From contig JAHQWG010000032.1 in NCBI GenBank assembly GCA_029856045.1, positions 1 through 29,042 of the forward strand: a stretch of DNA of 29,042 nucleotides, in the 5' to 3' direction. This stretch comes from Promethearchaeia archaeon (GTDB lineage: Archaea; Asgardarchaeota; Lokiarchaeia; Sigyniarchaeales; SOKP01). The notes below the pieces were generated by a model. The model worked only from the letters and a program-made list of their open reading frames with translations. It was not told the DNA's origin and made no database searches. A program made the translations under genes and the position numbers. Of the stretch, positions 7,824-16,429 are shown in pieces (position 1 is the stretch's first letter; each line of letters opens with the position of its first letter).

Positions 7824-10800
7824 GTGATGTTTAATAATAAAAAGAACCGATTAATAGGATCTGCATTGGTTATTTTGATATTAAATATAAATTATTTTAT
7901 TCTTTTTGGAACAGTTGATAGTTATTATAATAATGATAATGTTTTAGATAAAAATTTCAACGATAATAATATTCAAGATTTAAAAAAATCAGATGTCGCT
8001 GGTTCTGAATTATATTCCGAACAAATAAATGCATATGTGGCAGGGGCTAAAAGTATAATCCAGCAATCTCTCTTTACTAATGACAGTAATATTTTTCCAA
8101 ACATGGATTTTAATGATCCAGCTTTTTATCGCTGCACCATGATGTTATCTGCTTCAAATGGAAGAGAATCCGAAATGTTTCCTTCTATTTTAGGAGAAAA
8201 TGTTTTCGGTCCTCAGCTTTCACCATCCCATAATCCATTTTTTGGTTTTTTATTTTATGAGGAAGAAATCGAACATGAAGATGCGCAAAAAAGAGCAGAG
8301 AGGGCATTCAAAATTATTAAAAATGCATTTGAAATAGAATTATTTCAGATGGATATCTCTGAGAAAAATTGTTTCGCCTTTATCGGATATTATCCCATTT
8401 GGGAAATTGTATTAAATAGATTTTATACTAATCTTCCGAAGGACGGTTATTGGAAAGCACTTGATTTAGAACGCCTAATGAGTAATGAATATCTAGAAAA
8501 TCGACATTTAAGTTTCTCAATTCTTTTATTAAATTCTTTAGAGATTCTTAATACAGGTATTAATATCACATCATCTCAATTTAATTATGATATTTCTGAT
8601 TATGCTTTACCTTTCTTAGAAACATTAAGTGTAGAAGAATCTAATGAAACTACTGAAGGATTAGAAGATCTATTGGGTGGATTTGGAGAATTCTTAGGTA
8701 TTGAAGATCTTAATCAAACTTTTTTGGATACTTTTGACGCAATTCTAGGAGCAGGAGGAGGAACTTTGGAAGAAAATAATCGATATGTATCAATGAAAAT
8801 TCAATATGAAGGAAACCCTGAAGGAATTGAAAAAATTACTGGTTCTAACAATTATAAATTTGATTTATTTAAAGCAATGGGATATGATGAAACCACTTTA
8901 TATCCTAGTGAGAAAATGTTTATCGCCATCACTGGAACTTTTATGAGTGAGATTGAGATAAATATTCTTTCCACAGATATTATGGATGTATCTCCTAAAA
9001 GTTTTCAATTTTCAGATGATTTGATTGAAGACCTCGAAGAAATAATTTGGTTAGCGAATGTAGATTTTGATATAAATACATTAAAGAATTATGAATTTAT
9101 TCCAAACTGGATAAATAATTTGGGAGTTAATAAACTATTCACGCTTCCGATTAACCCTGTAAATGAATCAGATATTATTAATTTCTTAGATATAATTGGA
9201 TTTGATGGATTGCCTTATATCTTGACAGGTTTGCTAAACCCAATTGAATCTATAATTGTTAGTTATTCTGTTGCAAATTCAGAACCGAATTTAAGAATTA
9301 CAAAAATTGTAGAAAATGCTTCCTATGGGATTGATCATACTTTTCAAATAAACATTACTGCAGAAAATGTTGGAAATATTACTGCATGGGGTGTTCCAAC
9401 TAAATTACCTGTAGATTACGAAGAATTACTCAATGCATTTCTTTTTTTACCAGGTAGTAGGGAGGATATAGAAGATTATTTTGAAGAAAGTTTGATAACA
9501 CTTCTAAATTTAGATGAAGATCCAAGACTGTTTCACTTTGATTCTTCTAGTATTGGAATAACAGATACTTTTTATCCTAATATAAATATAACCAATCTTT
9601 TACCATATAATGAAGAATTCGTTGAATATTTAGTAGATCATCCACTCTATTACATTTATGCTCCTTTGTTTAATAATCCTGATAGTATTTTCAATGAAGA
9701 AAATTGGAAACTGGAACCAGAAGAATCAATTTCTTATACACTTACTAATATATCAATTGAAAATTTAGATACATATACATCATTTGCGACTTCTAATTTT
9801 ATAGAAAACGAGGAAATTCCACTTCCTGCAATAAATTATGGATCAATCCATTTAGGAACTGAACCAAATAATGCCCATACTCAAGATGGAATCGATTGGA
9901 TAATTGATTCGGAAGAAAAAATTGTGGATCTTCATGTTGTTGATATTGATTTTGTATTTGAAAACAAATCTTATATTGATCTAACAAATAATATATTAAA
10001 TCGTGTTAGAATTTATATGAATGCTACTTCTGATGGTTTTTCCGAAGATGTTTCTTTTAATTTTTATAATTTCACATCAGAACGACTTGAAGAAATTACA
10101 GAGATTTCAAGTGATAATAACACATATATTTTCGAATTTATCGATGATGAAATTAATGGATTATTTGATCCCGCATCAAATAATCACACCCTATTTTTTA
10201 ATTTAAAAATTGTATCCAGTGATGCTTTTAATTTATCAATTGATAGTATTTACGTTAATTTTTCATTTAGAGAAATTGTTCCTTACCTCGTACCATCCGC
10301 AAAAGTATCTTATAGTAGTGAATTGGGACTGGTTACTTATTCTGCTACTTCAAATAATTTATATCTTAGCACATATAATATGTCCTCAATTTTAGCAATT
10401 GCATCTTTAGAGAATTATGCATCATATTCTGGGGAAGAAAATACATATTTTTTGGAGCTCACAAATATTGGAAGTATGAATGCTGAGAATGTTAATTTTT
10501 CTATGCCTATACCAGGGATAATTAAAAATAAAAATTCCTTTCAAGTATATAATAACACAATAACTCAAAGAATAACAGAAATTAATCCAGGTCAGACAAT
10601 TAAACTAAATTTTACATTTTATTCTCCAAATTCTATAAATATTTTTAACAGCACTGTTGTTTTTAAAAATCAAAAAATTATGTATGAAAATCAATCTTCA
10701 TTAACAATCCATTCCAACGATGTATATATTTCAGCTCCTATTGATTATGAAAAGCGTTATCCTTTTTTACACATAATTAAAATCAATTATTTAACAAATA

Positions 10801-11672
10801 ATACTAACCCTAAATTAAACGATTTTATTAATTTATCTATACAAATTAAAAATCAAGGACCTGCTAATTTTGATATTCCTGATATTTTAATTGAAATATC
10901 TGATAATATTGAAGGATTGAAACGTTTAGATAATGATACTTTAAATATTATTAACTTTTCTTGGAACGAAACTAAAGAATTATCGATGATATTCCAAAAG
11001 GTATCTTACAGAGGATATTATTATCCACCCATAAATGTTATTTTGGGCTCTGAAAGCTCCACCTTACGAACTAATACATCAATACCAATAATTTTAGGCT
11101 ATTTTGATTTTGAGATTAGTAAGAATGTCTCTGAAGAACAAGTGATTAGTGGTAAAGAAATATTTGTTACGGTTAAAGTTGTTAATACGGGGAATATTGC
11201 AGCACAAAATGTTACATTAGATGATATGAATAGTTTTTTTCAACAGCAATTTTATTTAATTGAGGGTACCTTGGTTCATTTCATTCAAATCCTTGAGCCG
11301 GGAGAAATACTCACATTTTCTTACACAATAAGAGGAAAAGGACAAGGAGAATATAATCTATCCGCTACTTGCATTGATTATTATTATTTAATAAAGAGAT
11401 CTGTTGAATCTAATTCCATTCAAATGAAAATTATTTTTGATCCAGATATGCAGAGACTAGCTATAATCATTCCATGTGTAATTGGCCTGTTTTTTATCGG
11501 ATCTTACGGATTTCTGAAAAAATGGTATAGACCAAAAATGCTTGAGAAAAAAAGAAAAGAAGATGAGATTTTAAATGCAACTAAATTTCTTCATATTTTA
11601 AGGCATAAGGAGACTTTAAATAATTCATTAGAAAAAGCGAACACACTCTACGGAGGTAAATCAACAAAATGA
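7824..11672 (+). CDS. Large acidic secreted, C-terminally anchored protein with several DUF11/BatD/TRAP-beta-like Ig domains
   Basis: N-terminal hydrophobic signal; repeated I/V-x-I/V-x-N-x-G...A..V...PG motifs (ITAENVGNITA, ELTNIGSMNAENV, QIKNQGPAN, KVVNTGNIAAQNV); TM LAIIIPCVIGLFFIGSYGFL; basic cytoplasmic tail. Confidence 0.85.
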   Translation: MMFNNKKNRLIGSALVILILNINYFILFGTVDSYYNNDNVLDKNFNDNNIQDLKKSDVAGSELYSEQINAYVAGAKSIIQQSLFTNDSNIFPNMDFNDPAFYRCTMMLSASNGRESEMFPSILGENVFGPQLSPSHNPFFGFLFYEEEIEHEDAQKRAERAFKIIKNAFEIELFQMDISEKNCFAFIGYYPIWEIVLNRFYTNLPKDGYWKALDLERLMSNEYLENRHLSFSILLLNSLEILNTGINITSSQFNYDISDYALPFLETLSVEESNETTEGLEDLLGGFGEFLGIEDLNQTFLDTFDAILGAGGGTLEENNRYVSMKIQYEGNPEGIEKITGSNNYKFDLFKAMGYDETTLYPSEKMFIAITGTFMSEIEINILSTDIMDVSPKSFQFSDDLIEDLEEIIWLANVDFDINTLKNYEFIPNWINNLGVNKLFTLPINPVNESDIINFLDIIGFDGLPYILTGLLNPIESIIVSYSVANSEPNLRITKIVENASYGIDHTFQINITAENVGNITAWGVPTKLPVDYEELLNAFLFLPGSREDIEDYFEESLITLLNLDEDPRLFHFDSSSIGITDTFYPNINITNLLPYNEEFVEYLVDHPLYYIYAPLFNNPDSIFNEENWKLEPEESISYTLTNISIENLDTYTSFATSNFIENEEIPLPAINYGSIHLGTEPNNAHTQDGIDWIIDSEEKIVDLHVVDIDFVFENKSYIDLTNNILNRVRIYMNATSDGFSEDVSFNFYNFTSERLEEITEISSDNNTYIFEFIDDEINGLFDPASNNHTLFFNLKIVSSDAFNLSIDSIYVNFSFREIVPYLVPSAKVSYSSELGLVTYSATSNNLYLSTYNMSSILAIASLENYASYSGEENTYFLELTNIGSMNAENVNFSMPIPGIIKNKNSFQVYNNTITQRITEINPGQTIKLNFTFYSPNSINIFNSTVVFKNQKIMYENQSSLTIHSNDVYISAPIDYEKRYPFLHIIKINYLTNNTNPKLNDFINLSIQIKNQGPANFDIPDILIEISDNIEGLKRLDNDTLNIINFSWNETKELSMIFQKVSYRGYYYPPINVILGSESSTLRTNTSIPIILGYFDFEISKNVSEEQVISGKEIFVTVKVVNTGNIAAQNVTLDDMNSFFQQQFYLIEGTLVHFIQILEPGEILTFSYTIRGKGQGEYNLSATCIDYYYLIKRSVESNSIQMKIIFDPDMQRLAIIIPCVIGLFFIGSYGFLKKWYRPKMLEKKRKEDEILNATKFLHILRHKETLNNSLEKANTLYGGKSTK
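11652..11657 (+). promoter_or_regulatory. Possible Shine-Dalgarno site for the S8 gene
   Basis: GGAGGT 11 nt upstream of ATG 11669; the two ORFs overlap by ATGA (11669..11672). Confidence 0.5.
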
Positions 11673-14600
11673 GAAATACTAAAAAATCCTTATTAACCTT
11701 CTTGTTCATATATATTTTCCTACTTTCGACATTCAATCCGAACTTTTATGCCTCAAGTATTAATGAACAGCAAAATAGGACGGAAAGTAATAATTTAGAA
11801 ATGCCAGTATTATCAAATGGCGAATCTTTAGTAAATATTATTATTTCCTTTAATAAAAAATCATTTAATCAAACTGTCTTAAATAAATTCTACGAATTAG
11901 GAGGAATTTTAATAGATGGTCCTTGGAATAATACTTTTTCGACAATCTCTGGATTCTCTGGGATTTTTCCATCAGAAAATTTAACTTATTTTGAAGGCCA
12001 CTTTTCAGAAGCGAGTATTGAATCTAATGAATTAATTGAAGTGCAAATGAATTATGTAGTTGCTCAATCCAATGCAATGAATAGTACTTGGAGTCTAAAT
12101 GGATACACAGGGAATTCAAATTGTTCAACGGCGGTATTAGATACAGGAATCGATCCAAATAATCCCTTCTTCCCAGCCGGAAATAATCCAATAAATCTCA
12201 CGGGAAATATCATAAGTTGGAAAGATTTCATTCAAGAATTGCCAAATCCTTATGATGACAACGGACACGGAACTTTCATATCATCTATTATTGTAGGAAC
12301 AGGAACTGAACCCTATAACTCTACAAATACAATCAATATGACCTTTTCTGGTAATTATTCTCATATAGAAATGTTTGATAAATTTGCATTTCGAGATAAT
12401 TTTACTTTTAAATTGGCAACTTTTAACGTATCGAAAGAAAACTCTCAGTTATTTATTAATTCAAGTTGGAAAGAACTTGTAGCAGGAATTGATGAATTTT
12501 GGATCGAGTTATATAATGAAACTTCGTTGGTTAATAAATCTAAAAATGTTAAAAATGAAACATATTATCAAATTTATCATAATAATTCTTTAAGCGGTAC
12601 TGGTTTATATGATCTTTTTGTTAAATATCACAAATTAGATTATGTAAAACCAGAATTTTCTTTAGACCTAGAACTCTCTTTTTTTCCCGAATATTATATT
12701 GTAAATAAAACCCATTTTACAGGAATAGCAAATTCATCAAAAATTGTAAGTTATAAAATTATGAATCAAAATGGTTTTGGAAATGTATCAAGTTTAATTT
12801 CTGCTATGGAAAATGTTTTTCTAAATAGACCTATATTACATATAACCGCGATTTGCCTTAGTGTTGGAACTTTAGGCGATGATGTGTCAACAATAAATGA
12901 AGTTATAAATAATATCATTGAAAATGGAACTCTTGTTGTTATTGCAGCAGGAAATAATGGTTTAGAATCAAATTCATTAAATAAATTAGCTTTCAATAAA
13001 AAAGCAATTGTCGTTGGAGCAATCAATGATAGAGATAAAATTACAACATACAGTAGTATGGGAAAAATAATAGATGAAGATCAACCCAATGAGGTTATAA
13101 AACCCGATTTGGTAGCTCCTGGTGGGAGTAGACTAAAAGGGTACAGATCTGTGGTTGGTACGAATTTAGAAAATAGAACCACCGCTTACTTTGGCACTTC
13201 TATTGCCGCAGCGGTAGTTAGTGGAGCTATACAATTATTAATTGAAGCGAAATGGAAAAATTGGACATCTTGGGACTCCTTAAATACTACTATATTAGCA
13301 AAAATTGTTAAAGCAACATTATTAATGACTGCAACCGAGACTCAATTAGATAGAGAAGAAGATCCTGAAACCGATGAAATTGAGAGTGATTATTCACCTA
13401 ATACCAATTACGGTGGTAAAGATATTCATGAAGGATACGGACGATTGAATGTTGAGGCTGCAATAGACGCTTTAACAAAAAACATAAGCACAGGGATAAT
13501 TAAATCTGACTTCAATTTAACATCATCAGAGATAAATCCTCTAGGGAAACATGTATATGCCAGAAGAATTACACTAGAACCTAAAAAGCAGTATTTATTT
13601 AATTTAACGGTAGAAGAACAAGATTCAGTCTCTATGGATATGTATTTATATTCTAATGAAACTAACAAATTTGGAGAACCCATATTATTTTCTTGTGCTT
13701 ACGAAACAAATTTACTTTACTTTGCTCCTAAAATGAATGAAACAAAATGCATTTTAGTAATTAAAGCTCTGGAGGGAAACTCTAATTTTACTCTAAATAT
13801 TAGCGAGGTTGAAAACAAATATACTCCAAGCTTAAGCGACGTTTTTGTTGAAAGCACTAATCCTGATTGTAATTATACATTAAATCGATATAATTTCTAT
13901 GTTAATTATACGGATAATGATACTTCCAATTTTCCAGCTCAATTCGTTTACTTAGAAATTAAAGAATTAAATCAAAACTTTACAATGAATAAAGATCCTT
14001 TTGATTTTAATTTTACAAATGGAGTAGAATATTCTATTACGAATTTTGAATTTAAAGAAATCAAACTTTATCATTATATCTTCTGGGCAAGTGATGGATA
14101 CAATATTACTCGATATCCCTTGGTGGGTAACCTTACTATTGAAATAAAGCCCTATTATGCTATTAATATCCCATATCTCGAAAATTTTTCGAGTGTTACT
14201 CATAATTGGACTGTAGAAGGTACTGGATGGGAAAGACTGGGACAAGAAAACTTCGATCTTTTGGGTCATCCTTTTGATGATAGAAGTAGGATTTTTCCTT
14301 CTAATGATTTTAATCCTGATTGGTATTGTTTTTATTATGGCAACATTAGCACATCACTTACTCCTTATTCATATCAACCATTAGAACCTAATGGAGAATG
14401 GATTAATGGATCATTAATAAGTCCAATAATAAACCTAACCGATATAGATGAAAGTTATGATCTAATTGCTAAATTTGGTATTAGAGCTAGTATAAATGCT
14501 TTAGATTTCATATATCTACAAATTAATATCAATTGTTCTACGAATTGGCAGACACTAAGAATCTACACAAATACAGAACGTGAATGGTTTATGGAAGATA

Positions 14601-16390
14601 TTGGTTTATCATCATACTTAGGTAATTATATTCGTTTTAGATTTTATTCTGGTCTTAATGAACAGAGAGATTTACAGAATTATAAGGGATTTATGGTAGA
14701 TTATGCAGCAATTGAAAATTACTCTAATTACTATGATCCTCAAATAATAACTCAGTTTGCGGAGATAGTTACTCCTAACATTGATGAGGTCCAATATGAG
14801 TATGACATTTATACATTCTCAATTGATGTATATGATATAGATAATAATTATCCAACTTATGTATATGTTGAGATAAATGATAATAACTATACAATGAATA
14901 ATGTTTACGGAGATTGGGATTGCTCATCGAATATTACATTTGTAGATATAGGTATTCGATTTGAAAAGGGATTATATATTGAAGATTTTGAAGATTTGAC
15001 ATTTAGATTTCACGCATATGATGGGAATAATATTAGCTCAACCGAATGGTATAATGAGGAAGAGAACCCTTTAATTAAATTTTCTAATCCTATACCCTTT
15101 AATTACTCCACAGAATTTGGATATGAATTTAATGTTCAGTCACTTGATGAATTTTATATAACCGGTTTTCCAGAACCGAGAGAATCTACAATTTGGCTTT
15201 CAGCAGATGATACATGGCATTGTATAAATTCTTCAATATATTGCGGAATAGGTCAATTGAATGTAATAACCAGTGATAATGGTTATGGAGCAAATTGGAA
15301 TGCTAAATTAATAACTCACCCACTGAATTTAGGGACAGAGAGTAATAATTTTATTCAATTTTTTCAAAATATTACTTTAGAAAATGAGAGCGCGACATTC
15401 TATGAGGGAAATGATTATGATCAATGCAATATTTCAATATCAACTGACTATGGAGCAACTTGGTATGAATTAATTAAATATACCTATTTGAATAATAGAG
15501 AGGGTCATTATTATATTGATATCTCTAGTTTCAATGGTGAGACTATTATGGTTAAGTTTGAACTAGATTCAAATGATGAAACAAATCCATCCGGACTTGG
15601 ATGGTGTGTAAAAGATTTATTTATCGGTTATAGTGTTTTAATTGATTTCATTAATTTGGCACCAAAAACTGTTGTAAACAATGTCCAGATAATTAATGTT
15701 TCTATATCTGAGAAGCAGGGATATGAATTGAAACAGATTGAATTATTAATTAATGATACTCTAGTTAATGCTACATATGAAAATGGAATGTTGACTTTTG
15801 TTTGGGATACTCTATTATATTTAGATGGGGAATATGTAATAGAAATAGTCGTATATGATAATTACGATAATAAAATAGATACATCAATTATTATTATAGT
15901 GGATAACATACCTATTTGGATTGAATGGCTTCCTTGGTTAATTTTTATTGGTGTGTTGATAAGTTTATCAATAATTATAGGATTACTTACTGTTAAAAAA
16001 GGTATAGTTTTGATAGATAAGATCAAAGCAAATCGTAGTATAAGAAAAGAAAGAACTATAGTGCTTGATAAAGAAAAAGAAATAATCAGAAAAAGAATTG
16101 AAAACTTGACCAAAGAAGAATTAAAAGAAAGACCATATACATATTTTTGTAAAAACTGCAAATCATGGTTTGTTGATAATTCTGGATTTAAATGGAATTG
16201 TCCGTCTTGCAACACAGATCAATTATATCTTGCATATCAATGTCCCATTTGTAAAAAATGGTATTTTATAGATGATCCAGGCGATTATGATTGCAAAAAA
16301 TGTAAAATAAAAATGGTAAAGCTATCAAGAGAAGAAATCAAAAAAGAATTAGTTTGGAAATCGTTTGATGAATTAGGAGAAAAATCATAA
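11669..16390 (+). CDS. Membrane-anchored multidomain S8 (subtilisin-like) serine peptidase with cytoplasmic zinc-ribbon tail
   Basis: AVLDTGID (D158), DDNGHGT (H200), IAAGN (N429), KPDLVAPG, GTSIAA (S511), GYGRLN; signal peptide and propeptide-like region; beta-rich repeats; TM; CKNC, CPSC, CPIC, CKKC. Confidence 0.95.
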   Translation: MRNTKKSLLTFLFIYIFLLSTFNPNFYASSINEQQNRTESNNLEMPVLSNGESLVNIIISFNKKSFNQTVLNKFYELGGILIDGPWNNTFSTISGFSGIFPSENLTYFEGHFSEASIESNELIEVQMNYVVAQSNAMNSTWSLNGYTGNSNCSTAVLDTGIDPNNPFFPAGNNPINLTGNIISWKDFIQELPNPYDDNGHGTFISSIIVGTGTEPYNSTNTINMTFSGNYSHIEMFDKFAFRDNFTFKLATFNVSKENSQLFINSSWKELVAGIDEFWIELYNETSLVNKSKNVKNETYYQIYHNNSLSGTGLYDLFVKYHKLDYVKPEFSLDLELSFFPEYYIVNKTHFTGIANSSKIVSYKIMNQNGFGNVSSLISAMENVFLNRPILHITAICLSVGTLGDDVSTINEVINNIIENGTLVVIAAGNNGLESNSLNKLAFNKKAIVVGAINDRDKITTYSSMGKIIDEDQPNEVIKPDLVAPGGSRLKGYRSVVGTNLENRTTAYFGTSIAAAVVSGAIQLLIEAKWKNWTSWDSLNTTILAKIVKATLLMTATETQLDREEDPETDEIESDYSPNTNYGGKDIHEGYGRLNVEAAIDALTKNISTGIIKSDFNLTSSEINPLGKHVYARRITLEPKKQYLFNLTVEEQDSVSMDMYLYSNETNKFGEPILFSCAYETNLLYFAPKMNETKCILVIKALEGNSNFTLNISEVENKYTPSLSDVFVESTNPDCNYTLNRYNFYVNYTDNDTSNFPAQFVYLEIKELNQNFTMNKDPFDFNFTNGVEYSITNFEFKEIKLYHYIFWASDGYNITRYPLVGNLTIEIKPYYAINIPYLENFSSVTHNWTVEGTGWERLGQENFDLLGHPFDDRSRIFPSNDFNPDWYCFYYGNISTSLTPYSYQPLEPNGEWINGSLISPIINLTDIDESYDLIAKFGIRASINALDFIYLQININCSTNWQTLRIYTNTEREWFMEDIGLSSYLGNYIRFRFYSGLNEQRDLQNYKGFMVDYAAIENYSNYYDPQIITQFAEIVTPNIDEVQYEYDIYTFSIDVYDIDNNYPTYVYVEINDNNYTMNNVYGDWDCSSNITFVDIGIRFEKGLYIEDFEDLTFRFHAYDGNNISSTEWYNEEENPLIKFSNPIPFNYSTEFGYEFNVQSLDEFYITGFPEPRESTIWLSADDTWHCINSSIYCGIGQLNVITSDNGYGANWNAKLITHPLNLGTESNNFIQFFQNITLENESATFYEGNDYDQCNISISTDYGATWYELIKYTYLNNREGHYYIDISSFNGETIMVKFELDSNDETNPSGLGWCVKDLFIGYSVLIDFINLAPKTVVNNVQIINVSISEKQGYELKQIELLINDTLVNATYENGMLTFVWDTLLYLDGEYVIEIVVYDNYDNKIDTSIIIIVDNIPIWIEWLPWLIFIGVLISLSIIIGLLTVKKGIVLIDKIKANRSIRKERTIVLDKEKEIIRKRIENLTKEELKERPYTYFCKNCKSWFVDNSGFKWNCPSCNTDQLYLAYQCPICKKWYFIDDPGDYDCKKCKIKMVKLSREEIKKELVWKSFDELGEKS

Positions 16391-16429
16391 CATGTATTAT
16401 ATCATAATATAAAAAATTTATAATTTAAA

